A stretch of 42,965 nucleotides of DNA from a virus (IMGVR_UViG_3300049141_000059:1-42965), one strand, 5' to 3'; positions 8,369 through 17,272 are shown, counted from the stretch's first letter. Notes: generated from the letters alone by a model not told the origin. Numbers and translations are program-made.

Positions 8369-8937
8369 TTAGTCTGCTGATGGCTCGAAACGTTTGCTGG
8401 TTGTCATGTTCTCACTCCTAGGAAATTTTATTTTTATATGGAACGGGGATTGCTCCCCGTTTTGATTCATTACTGAAACGGATCAGTCGTCCAGGGTTCC
8501 ATTTCGATTATTCCAACCATGCGATTGCCCCTTTCCCTATTCGTTGTACACATGGTAGAATGAATCTTGCGGGAGTCCTCTACCATGTGTTGAGGGCTTT
8601 TTACTTTTTTTCGCCATAACCAACTGGATCTAATGGTCTTCTCTTCATTTCGATTCCTCCATATGTTTTATTCGTTTGGTACTTGCCCTTCTTCTGCTTC
8701 GAACACTGCATCCCCCTCAGAACCTTCTGCAACTATCAAAAGATTTGTTTTCATGATTTCACCTCCTTGATCAGTCTTATTACCATCTGCTTACCAACCA
8801 AGACTAGGGATTTTTGTATCTGGTTCCTTTCCAGATTCAATCTGTCCTTCGATTCCTTGCCCACTATCCCAACCAGAGATTTCTTCTCCACCTGAGTTGC
8901 TCCAAGGATTATCGAAAATATTGTCTGAACTTCCCAT
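8369..8937 (-). other. Cluster of five micro-ORFs with RBSs: 8369-8407 (12 aa), 8470-8520 (16 aa), 8601-8648 (15 aa), 8668-8754 (28 aa), 8791-8937 (48 aa)
   Basis: Each ATG is preceded by GGAG/GGAGG/AAGGGG at normal spacing; arranged head to tail. Confidence 0.5.
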
Positions 8938-8948
8938 TTAAATTCCTC

Positions 8949-9149
8949 CTAGTAAGAAATTCCGTGTTTTTCAAACCAATGTTTTATCTTTTCTTGATCC
9001 CTCCTCATGCTCTGCGCTTTACGTTGCCAAGAGTTATACTCTGGATCATCTCTGTCAACATCGTTTTCACATGAGTAAATCTTTGCATCCAGCTTGTAGA
9101 ACATTTCTCGCTTTGAGTCAATTTCGTACTCGCTAGGTTTGCCAAACAT
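8949..9149 (-). CDS. Small hypothetical protein
   Basis: GGAGGAGGTG RBS. Confidence 0.75.
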   Translation of the reverse strand: MFGKPSEYEIDSKREMFYKLDAKIYSCENDVDRDDPEYNSWQRKAQSMRRDQEKIKHWFEKHGISY

Positions 9150-9181
9150 CTTTTCACCTCCTCCAACTACTTGAGCCTCTT

Positions 9182-9391
9182 CTATTCAAGAATACGGTCC
9201 ACAGTGGATACAACTAGGGAGAAGTATAAGAACATTCCGATTTTTATAACGAAAGCTACAATCACATTGTCGGAAACTGCACGACCCACTTTTCTAATGG
9301 CCAGTTTCAATTTCCAAACGATCACCCCAAGTTGGACCCCCACGTATGCGACCACCGACAGATATAGAAGAAACTCAAGTATATTAATCAC
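9182..9391 (-). CDS. Small two-TM membrane protein, first gene of the leftward operon
   Basis: AAGGGGTG RBS before GTG; two hydrophobic segments. Confidence 0.65.
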   Translation of the reverse strand: MINILEFLLYLSVVAYVGVQLGVIVWKLKLAIRKVGRAVSDNVIVAFVIKIGMFLYFSLVVSTVDRILE

Positions 9392-9423
9392 TGTTTGCAC
9401 CCCTTTCGTTGTTGTTGAGTACA

Positions 9424-9514
9424 TCATACTTTAAAGTTAATCAAAGTGCAAGCACTTTTTATAAATTTATTTCAATTTATTTAACTTGCATTAACCTTAA
9501 GTTTGCAATATAAT
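9424..9514. promoter_or_regulatory. Divergent sigma-A promoters with dyad elements
   Basis: Leftward TTGCAC-17-TATGAT; rightward TTGCAT-17-TATAAT; both spacers contain TTAACyTTAA and dyad symmetry. Confidence 0.75.
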
Positions 9515-9534
9515 GTAGGAAAGGAGGGTTCGAA

Positions 9535-9693
9535 GTGAGCAGTTTAAAGAATAGAACGCGATTCAGTAACACCCTAGAAAACGAACTTTTTGCCAAATTC
9601 AATGAATTATCAAAAGAAACGATGATACCAAAATCAAAACTGCTTGATGAAGCGATCAAACTTCTATTAGAGAAGTTCGATAAAAACAAATAA
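9535..9693 (+). CDS. 52-aa ribbon-helix-helix regulator
   Basis: MSSLKNRTRFSNTLENEL...LSKETMIPKSKLLDEAIKLLL; AAAGGAGG RBS. Confidence 0.85.
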   Translation: MSSLKNRTRFSNTLENELFAKFNELSKETMIPKSKLLDEAIKLLLEKFDKNK

Positions 9694-9914
9694 CACCAGC
9701 CATCACAATAGTTAACTGGTGTAGGAAAATAATTTTCTATTTTCTTAAAACAAATAAACCCCGCCGAGCCGCTAAACCTGACGGGGAATGTCCAAAGGAA
9801 ATTTGAACATTTTCATACTACCATATCTATGAATCTCTATTTAAGAGAAAATGGAAAAGTATATGAAATGTTCACTAGCTTCTACGGACCAATACACAAT
9901 AAGGAGTGGACAAC

Positions 9915-12458
9915 ATGAAAGAATGGTTGAATGAAGGGAAAGGCGAAGAAAAAGAGCTGAATAAAGCCGCTATTGGAATAGGTGGAGGGGCTGGATTGCT
10001 TGGGTTAGGTTGGATCTGGACGAAGCTTCAAGAACCTTTAGAACAGAAACAGTACAATCCTAACGTATTTGATGGAGTGATAGATACTACTTTAAACATT
10101 GCAGGGGTCGGAGTTGGAACAGCAGCATTGGCTGGTGCAGCGTATGCAGGACTGAAAATAGCGCAATTGAAACAAGAAAAGATAGATGTGATCCAAGTTG
10201 CACCAAGCCAAGTGCATGACGTGAAGCAAAATAACATTGAAAAGCTCACGAAATCACTGTTCTACATTCAACGAAATTGGTTCAAAAAACTAGTCAAGGG
10301 TAAAGCCTGGGGACGTTACTTGATTATCAAAGATGAAAAAGGAATGATATCATTTAGGTTTTTAACACCACAAGATCAAACTGATTCCTATATGAGTGTG
10401 TTGAAAGAATTCTTACCGCATCACTCTGTTCGATTGGATGAAGAATTCAATGACATTCCTTTCTATGAAAAAGGAACAGGCTTTTCCGGTCATATGATGT
10501 TTAGTCGAAAAAAAGGAAGCTATGGTATTAACGACAGCATCCATAACAATATGGGATCAATTTTATATGTCATGCCGAAATCAAGCGTGGTTGATATACG
10601 TTTCACACCAACCGATATTGATGAGTTTAAACAAGCTGGGGGCAGTGCTCTAAACAGATTCTTCTCCAAAGACAAAAAGACAAAAGTAGATAACATGGAT
10701 ATGACCGAGATTATCAGACGTTTCCGTGGTCACTCTGCTTTTGAGGTAAGTATTAATTTGTGGTCCAAAAAGGGCATCGTCGATATGTCTCGCCAGCTAG
10801 AACAGCACACAAAAGGAGTTAACAACTCCCTAATTCTAAAGAAACATTGGATCTCAAGAATTCAGAATGGACTAAATTTCAACTTTGTTCTACCAAATCG
10901 CAAAATGATTTGGAATGACAATGAACTCGCTCAACTATTATTTACTCCACCTACTAATCACAAAATCATGGAAAATATTGAGACGATCATGGAGAAACTC
11001 AAACCGAAAACTCATGAGCTTAGAAAAGGGTTACGGATCGGATACGCTGATCATGAAAGCCTTCTGCCTCCAAAAATCAATGGAGAGCGCACTATTGAGG
11101 ACATTATCGCAAAAGGTCGCCCGATTTATCTAGATTTAGATACTCTAGATCGTCATGGAATTATTCCAGGGGCAACAGGAGCAGGTAAAGGAGCAACACT
11201 AGGAGGCATTACAGATGGATTTGTTGAAGAATGGGTGAAAAATCAGATTGAAGCAGGAATGACAATGCTTGATCCTCATGAACTTGCTAACTTTTTGGTT
11301 ATTAATCGGTTATTAGAACAAGAACGATTAGGGATGAAAGTCAATTGGAGTAAAGTCAAATGTTATAGCTTTAATCCCGAAAACGAATATCCAACACCAA
11401 TGAATCTCCTTTATTTCAGTAAGGAAAATAGAGGTGCTATTTCTACCAAAGCAAGCGAAGTTGCTGATATTATTTTGTCCGCTTTCCCTGGCGATCTGTC
11501 AAAAAGCGCTGTACTTCTACAAATGGCAATCGAAGCTTTATTGTCAGACAACGAAAATCACACTATCGCTCAGATCACGAAAGTTTTCCGTGATACAGAT
11601 TTTCTTGCTAGCGTGATTGATGAATTAGACAATGAGTATATAAAAAACGAATTAGGAGTTAAATTAGATGAAATTCTAGAGCAACAAAAGAAAGGAAAGC
11701 AAGTGACAGATATCTCAGCAATCGTGACACGTCTTTTCCCTTTTCTGGGACATAAGGACATGCAAAGGAGCTTTGCTCAAGAAAAAAATGTTATCAACGG
11801 AAAGCGATCTTTCGAACAAGGGGAAATTGTTTTAATCGATTTCAAAGATGCTCCTGATGATGTTTATCGACTTTCAGCTGCATGGATCGCCAACCATTAT
11901 TACCATGTAGCTATGGCAAGAACTCCATACACAGGAAAGCATCATTACCTTATCGCGGACGAAGCCCAAAAATTCAAAATCGAAAAGTTTACCAAAATAA
12001 TTCAAGAAACACGTAAATATCGATTTGGGCTGATACAAGCAACACAAGACATGGATGAAATGGATGGAAGAGTAAAAAAAGCATTAGAAACAAACTGTGG
12101 TTTTCAGATCTCATTACGTCAAAATACTGGAATTGATGATGCTGTCAAGCTAATGAAAAACACATTCACAGAAGAACAAATAACAAACTTACCTGATAAC
12201 CATGCTTGTTTATATTCGGTTGAAGGGTCAGCAAATGTAATGTTTCCTCCTCCAGCCTTTTTCTGGGAAGGTAAACGCACTGCGAAAGGATCACCAGAAT
12301 ATCAAAAAGCTTACGATCAAGCAAAAGAGAAGTTTTATGAGTTAGTGAAACGAGATTGCCGTCATTACACAGAAGTCGACAAAGAAATTAGAGACAAGAT
12401 GCAAGGAAAACCGAATCTCACAGTAGTGTCTGGAGGCGGTTTATCTTCACCAGATTGA
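9915..12458 (+). CDS. VirD4/TraD-like coupling ATPase (T4CP/HerA-FtsK superfamily) with N-terminal TM segments
   Basis: Walker A GATGAGKG, MLDPH, Walker B LIADEAQKF, RKY..GLI.ATQ; AAGGAG RBS. Confidence 0.8.
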   Translation: MKEWLNEGKGEEKELNKAAIGIGGGAGLLGLGWIWTKLQEPLEQKQYNPNVFDGVIDTTLNIAGVGVGTAALAGAAYAGLKIAQLKQEKIDVIQVAPSQVHDVKQNNIEKLTKSLFYIQRNWFKKLVKGKAWGRYLIIKDEKGMISFRFLTPQDQTDSYMSVLKEFLPHHSVRLDEEFNDIPFYEKGTGFSGHMMFSRKKGSYGINDSIHNNMGSILYVMPKSSVVDIRFTPTDIDEFKQAGGSALNRFFSKDKKTKVDNMDMTEIIRRFRGHSAFEVSINLWSKKGIVDMSRQLEQHTKGVNNSLILKKHWISRIQNGLNFNFVLPNRKMIWNDNELAQLLFTPPTNHKIMENIETIMEKLKPKTHELRKGLRIGYADHESLLPPKINGERTIEDIIAKGRPIYLDLDTLDRHGIIPGATGAGKGATLGGITDGFVEEWVKNQIEAGMTMLDPHELANFLVINRLLEQERLGMKVNWSKVKCYSFNPENEYPTPMNLLYFSKENRGAISTKASEVADIILSAFPGDLSKSAVLLQMAIEALLSDNENHTIAQITKVFRDTDFLASVIDELDNEYIKNELGVKLDEILEQQKKGKQVTDISAIVTRLFPFLGHKDMQRSFAQEKNVINGKRSFEQGEIVLIDFKDAPDDVYRLSAAWIANHYYHVAMARTPYTGKHHYLIADEAQKFKIEKFTKIIQETRKYRFGLIQATQDMDEMDGRVKKALETNCGFQISLRQNTGIDDAVKLMKNTFTEEQITNLPDNHACLYSVEGSANVMFPPPAFFWEGKRTAKGSPEYQKAYDQAKEKFYELVKRDCRHYTEVDKEIRDKMQGKPNLTVVSGGGLSSPD

Positions 12459-12493
12459 TTCCTTTAGTCTGGTGAAGTGCTTTTATTTTCTTT
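12446..12493 (+). terminator. Terminator after the ATPase gene
   Basis: CTTCACCAGA...TCTGGTGAAG followed by a T-rich tail. Confidence 0.7.
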
Positions 12494-12809
12494 AGTTCGA
12501 TAAAGCGGGGCGAACCTGGGGGACTAGGGGGAAGGAGTGGGGCAATGTTTTGACTTTGGGGCGAGGAGAAGCGAGAGGGGTAGGGGGAGAGTAGATGAGG
12601 TGTGGGGTGTGTTTGACGGGAGCCATGATGAAAAGATCATGATATATCTTTTACATCTTATGATGTAATATCGTAGTCTGGAATAAAAATCCGGCGATAA
12701 ACTCAATAATATCAAGGTGTCATATATATTTTTTGAACCTTTTAAATAGCACGTTAATAGCACATAAATAGCATGTAGATTGCACACGTAAAAAACAAAT
12801 AAAAAGGAG

Positions 12810-13637
12810 ATGAATGCCATGCTTGCAGATTGGTTAGAGGAGTTAAATGACAACGAATATCGGAACAAAAGAGATACGTTGATGGGGATTATCTACAGCC
12901 TTCGAATCACTGATAAACGGACAATAAAAATCATTACTGGATGGACTGACGACCAAATACGAGGAGCGTTTCGGAGAATCAGAGAACTTGGATCACATGA
13001 GAAAGAAAGCTGGCTACGAAGCTGGCAGCCAAGACAGAGGTCACCGTTTGTATATACACTTGGCGAAAAAGGGATTGAGCATGTAAGAGCGTTGAAGGAT
13101 TACGCACTGGGATATGAAGAAAGTGAATTATCCATTCGCGGCCAAGTATCACATTTCATGGGAACGAATAACATCTTGGTCAGAGCAAAGCAAGCAAAGT
13201 TGCCAGTACTCAACTGGTACTCGCAAAAAGATACAATGTCATTCCTATTCTATCAGCTTCGCCCAACCAAATCGCCTGTAAACCCTGATGCGATGTTGAA
13301 GATGCAACAAGGGAGCTACTTCCTTGAATTCGATACTGGATCAGAGAACGGAGGGCGATTAGAAGGGAAAATTCACCGCTATATGATGTTATCCGCAATA
13401 AAAGGGACATTTCCTGTTATCTGGGTAACTCCTAAGCCTTCCAGAGCAGAATTTATCGCTAAAAAAGCAAAAGAAGCTCCTGATACTTATCTAATCAAAA
13501 TGAAAGAAGAGTGCAGAAAACGCAAACTACCATTGATGCTTCCAAAACAAATGCCACTCATGTATTGTTTTGTAGAAGGCGAGGAAACAGCTTTCCTTGC
13601 TGGCCAGAAAGCAACCCCGATTCTAGGCACAGAATAA
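12810..13637 (+). CDS. Replication-relaxation (Replic_Relax)-like protein
   Basis: wHTH-like N-terminus (VYTLGEKG), SHF, PD-(D/E)xK-like NPDA...FLEFDTGSE...KI.RY. Confidence 0.8.
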   Translation: MNAMLADWLEELNDNEYRNKRDTLMGIIYSLRITDKRTIKIITGWTDDQIRGAFRRIRELGSHEKESWLRSWQPRQRSPFVYTLGEKGIEHVRALKDYALGYEESELSIRGQVSHFMGTNNILVRAKQAKLPVLNWYSQKDTMSFLFYQLRPTKSPVNPDAMLKMQQGSYFLEFDTGSENGGRLEGKIHRYMMLSAIKGTFPVIWVTPKPSRAEFIAKKAKEAPDTYLIKMKEECRKRKLPLMLPKQMPLMYCFVEGEETAFLAGQKATPILGTE

Positions 13638-13783
13638 AAGTCTCTCAATCGCTGAGAGGCTTCTTTTTATTGGTTGAAATTACCGTTGATCATTAACGCA
13701 TATTGGATAAAATAAATACATATGTTCTCTAAAATACATGAACATATGGTTGTGTAGAGCCGCCGTTTGGTGGCTCTTTTGCT

Positions 13784-14008
13784 TTATACAGGACGTTTTT
13801 TTAATCCATGCGATTCTAATATGTAAGGGTAATAGAAATCACTGACACCTGTTAGTTCATCGCCAGCGAGGAATCCATCTAAACACTTATCACACAGATG
13901 AATCCCGAAAGGAGAATACTCTGTCAAACTAACAAAATATTGTTCTTTATCACAGTTGTCACAGAAACGAATGTTTTCTTCGTTCTCTTTGTCGTAGTTT
14001 ACACCCAT
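13784..14008 (-). CDS. Small Zn-finger protein
   Basis: CDNC...LCDKC; GAGGAGGTG RBS. Confidence 0.7.
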   Translation of the reverse strand: MGVNYDKENEENIRFCDNCDKEQYFVSLTEYSPFGIHLCDKCLDGFLAGDELTGVSDFYYPYILESHGLKKRPV

Positions 14009-14150
14009 TATTTCACCTCCTCGAAAATTCTCCATTAATCAGATATAAAGAACCTTTCGAATACAATACCATTACCCATAGTACAAAAATCAATTCTAGG
14101 GTATCTACAGTTCGAATTTTGGCTATATATAGATCTATCAGATACCTAAA

Positions 14151-15365
14151 TTAATTTATTGGTGAAAATTGCTCCCTCCCTTTACTTAATAAACGTATAG
14201 ATTCTTCATGTATCGCTTTTAGTTCTTCTTCTGACATTTCTTCTACTCCTGTTGCTGTTTCTTGTTGAGCTAGTGCAATAGATACTGGCATCTTGGTAAC
14301 CTTTGCTTTTCTCTTATTGCTGGCAGGCTTGTCTTTTTGTATGTATTGGTTGTATTGTCCGCTCAGAAAATACACTATCTGAGCTTGTTTACCTTCAATC
14401 CTCACACATTCTTCTGCTGCTTGTATGAGCTTTCCAAAACCTATTGAATTACTAGCATCTACGAATTTCTGATAGTGTTCATCGTGCTTTTTAATATCAG
14501 ATGCCCCTGTTTTGGTGAATATCTCTCTGAAAGCTATGTACTTAGAATCTAATTCCCATTTATCGGGAACGCGCGAAGCGTCATCATCATCTGATTTATT
14601 AAAAGATGATTTATTAAAAGAAGTATTTAAAAGATGTTCGTCATTTTGTCTGGATGGTTCGTCATTTTGTCTGCATGGCTCGTCATTTTGACGAATGCCA
14701 GATTTCGGGCTTTCTTGGGTGTCAGGTGTTAACACCTCAGTATTTAAGCACTCGTCATTTTGTCCAGTGCTATTTTCAAGGGGTTTGACATTTTTTTGAT
14801 TCATAGGAGCTGTAACCCCAGTATTTAGCCATTCGTCATTTTGTCCGATGCCATTTTCTTGGTTTTTGTAGTGGTCCAGTTCAAATCCTAGTTTGTTTAG
14901 CTCCTCTTTAATTGTATCGACATTAGCCTTATACCATTTAGCACGATAGATGGCTTTTTGTTCTGGCTCTCTTGATTCTAGTAATCCTTTTTTTACAAAG
15001 CTTTCTATGTATCGCTCGCAAGTTTTAGGACTGATTTGATCTAATAACTCACTAGCCATCTCACGATAAGACTTCCAAAACCATCCTTGGCGAATTTGCT
15101 GTTTGAGGCGGCGAACTTTCTTTATATCGTTATTGGAAGCGGCTTCTTTTATTTGTTTATAAACCTCGTTATCAGTTTTTAACCAATGGCGTGTCCATCC
15201 TAATAGAGATGACAATAAAGCAGCTTGTATAAATCCACCTGCAAGCTTTATCATGCCTTCTCGAAGTATGTAGTATTTTTCGGTGTAATCCTCATGTTGT
15301 TTTGCTTCTTCCACCATCTGTTCAACTTCTGCCATCTCTGCTCTTAATTCTTCATTCATAGTCAT
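14151..15365 (-). CDS. Plasmid-type replication initiator (wHTH Rep) with internal iterons
   Basis: GWFWKSYREMASEL...KKGLLE...KWY wHTH pattern; five (R/G)QNDE repeats; GGAGAGGT RBS. Confidence 0.75.
   Translation of the reverse strand: MTMNEELRAEMAEVEQMVEEAKQHEDYTEKYYILREGMIKLAGGFIQAALLSSLLGWTRHWLKTDNEVYKQIKEAASNNDIKKVRRLKQQIRQGWFWKSYREMASELLDQISPKTCERYIESFVKKGLLESREPEQKAIYRAKWYKANVDTIKEELNKLGFELDHYKNQENGIGQNDEWLNTGVTAPMNQKNVKPLENSTGQNDECLNTEVLTPDTQESPKSGIRQNDEPCRQNDEPSRQNDEHLLNTSFNKSSFNKSDDDDASRVPDKWELDSKYIAFREIFTKTGASDIKKHDEHYQKFVDASNSIGFGKLIQAAEECVRIEGKQAQIVYFLSGQYNQYIQKDKPASNKRKAKVTKMPVSIALAQQETATGVEEMSEEELKAIHEESIRLLSKGREQFSPIN
14593..14860. repeat. Plasmid origin candidate: five TCGTCATTTTG iterons plus AT-rich repeats
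   Basis: Three iterons at 21-bp spacing (14638, 14659, 14680), two more at 14752 and 14833; adjacent GATTTATTAAAAGA twice. Confidence 0.8.
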
Positions 15366-15498
15366 GACAAATACCTCTCCTATTAGCCTTACAGGAGAGG
15401 ACACCGCACATTGATTCTAGATGCATACATACAATTGTCATAGGGTCATTTTATTTTTATGTATTGACCACTAAATAGAAATTCGTTACAATTGTGGT

Positions 15499-15590
15499 GA
15501 TAAATTTGATAAGTGGTAAAGCTAGTTGTTGTCAGCAACTACTTTACGAGTGCGGCGTCCTTGTTCCAGCAAGGCGCTTTTATTTTTTTG
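15499..15590 (+). ncRNA. Probable antisense copy-control RNA to the rep leader
   Basis: TTGACC(15464)-17-TACAAT(15487); two hairpins and a T-run; opposes the rep promoter TTGTCG-17-TAATAT at 15640..15612. Confidence 0.65.
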
Positions 15591-15698
15591 TTGGTTTATT
15601 TTACTGATAATATATTACCAATATCTGCACATTCCGACAAGCTATTGATAGACTCATAGATTTCAAAAGAAAGAGTGGTCAGTCATACGACCGCTTTT

Positions 15699-15953
15699 TT
15701 ATTTGTAAAGCTCATCTGGCAAGGCATGGACAATCTCCGTGATATCAGGGTGATCGAAATGACAGATATCATCCTCATTACCCCCATCGGGGAAAGACAC
15801 CCCAACATAGTCCCAAGCTCTATAGTCATAAATCTTGCCGTCATTGTGTCTGTATATTTTCACTTGCCGTTTGCCTGTTATTAAAACAGTTTCAATATCA
15901 TCACCAAACTGTGCTTTGACAATTGTTCCAACACGCAATAACACATCTTCCAT
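15699..15953 (-). CDS. DUF4176-like protein
   Basis: LL.VGTIV...LITG.R...DY.GV.FP.G...F.H.DI.EIVH pattern; AAAGGAG RBS. Confidence 0.7.
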   Translation of the reverse strand: MEDVLLRVGTIVKAQFGDDIETVLITGKRQVKIYRHNDGKIYDYRAWDYVGVSFPDGGNEDDICHFDHPDITEIVHALPDELYK

Positions 15954-16038
15954 AAGATCGCTCCTTTGGTAGTTTGAGAAGACAGAGAGAGACGAGACTT
16001 CTCTTCCGTCTCCCAACGTCTCCCATGCGGGTTCGTGG

Positions 16039-16983
16039 CTATTTTGTGTCAATGGATTTTTTGGCGATACGAGCGTAATGATCACTCAATCCTCCTACTT
16101 CCATTAACTCTTTTTTTGTTGGTACTCGCCCGAGTCTATTCATCAAATCATTAGCAGTTTGTATGGCCTGTTGTCTTGCATCAGTGTTCGGTTTAAATAG
16201 ATGATTTTTATCTTGTTTAATTGTCTCCTTCTTGGCTTCTACCACTTCAGGGTGAAATCCAATTTGCCGTTTTGGGAGAGGGATAATCTCTGTGGAGACG
16301 ATCGATTCTGGTTTATTGGTGACAATCGGTTCAACTACTTCTGTCTGTATTTCCTCTGCTTCTATAATCTGTGAGGGTTGGTTCTTTTCATCCAACAACT
16401 TTTGAATGTATTCTGGCACGTCACCTTCCATCACTTTTGCTCGTTTCTCCGCATCCTTGCGAGTTAGTTCGATCAGTGCTAGGGCTGGTTGATCGCTTTT
16501 CCAATGGATATACTTGACCAGTTCTTTAGTTTGGTTCAACTTGGCAATATCATTTGCCTCTTTCAACATTTGTCTCGCCGTTTGCTGATGGGGTTTACCA
16601 CTATCAAGTATCAACCAGACAAACAGCTTATCCATCAGAAACATCATACCGCTTAGGCAAAGTCCCATAATGACACCCAACATACCACCAGTTAGTGACA
16701 ATCCGTACATATTGACTGCTGTTACCAGTGAAAAGCTTCCGAAGTATCCAACAGCAAGCCAAGTGGGGTTATCTCTGCGATAAGCCTGTTGGAATGCTCG
16801 GATGAGTAGGAGCAGGATAAATGGTATCTCTACCAATGCCAACAATGGCAATGCTGGGATTCCAACTTTAGCCGCAATTCGGCTGGTACTCTCAAACGAT
16901 ATCGTCACCAGTGTTAACGCTACGCCTAACGCAGCTAATCCGGCAACCCAGATGAAAATCTTTCGTATGCTATTTTGATTCAT
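16039..16983 (-). CDS. Multi-TM protein with coiled coil and C-terminal HTH (DUF2637/Spd-like architecture)
   Basis: Four N-terminal TM segments; C-terminal GRVPTKKELMEVGGLS..YAR HTH-like segment. Confidence 0.55.
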   Translation of the reverse strand: MNQNSIRKIFIWVAGLAALGVALTLVTISFESTSRIAAKVGIPALPLLALVEIPFILLLLIRAFQQAYRRDNPTWLAVGYFGSFSLVTAVNMYGLSLTGGMLGVIMGLCLSGMMFLMDKLFVWLILDSGKPHQQTARQMLKEANDIAKLNQTKELVKYIHWKSDQPALALIELTRKDAEKRAKVMEGDVPEYIQKLLDEKNQPSQIIEAEEIQTEVVEPIVTNKPESIVSTEIIPLPKRQIGFHPEVVEAKKETIKQDKNHLFKPNTDARQQAIQTANDLMNRLGRVPTKKELMEVGGLSDHYARIAKKSIDTK

Positions 16984-17104
16984 TTTTTGTTCTCATCTCC
17001 TCTGATGTTTATTGCACTTTACTGTGCTAAACTTAACGGGAGTCTTTTTGTAAGACTCTTACTTGAGGTTTGCTGGTGTTGTTTGGACGCTCGCCAGCAA
17101 ACCT

Positions 17105-17272
17105 TTATTTATCCTCCTTCCACAACTCCTCAGGAATATAGGCTTTCAATGCCTCAGCAATAACATCTTGCATCGTTACTTTCTTGGTAGCTGCGTATAT
17201 TTTCAATGCATAATGTAGATTCCCATCCATGTAAACTCTCATGTTTTTTAATTCACTTTTTCCTTCTGACAT
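17105..17272 (-). CDS. 55-aa ribbon-helix-helix regulator
   Basis: KNMRVYMDGNLHYALKIYAATKKVTMQDVIAEAL; AAGGGAGG RBS; promoter TTGCAC-17-TATTAT with AAATGTGC repeats. Confidence 0.8.
   Translation of the reverse strand: MSEGKSELKNMRVYMDGNLHYALKIYAATKKVTMQDVIAEALKAYIPEELWKEDK

Noticed and set aside
9477-9689. 70-aa minus-strand ORF from the track
   Set aside because: Shadow of the better-supported plus-strand RHH gene at 9535-9693
12524-12868. 114-aa minus-strand ORF
   Set aside because: No RBS, overlaps the relaxase start, and its composition is a by-product of the G-tract region
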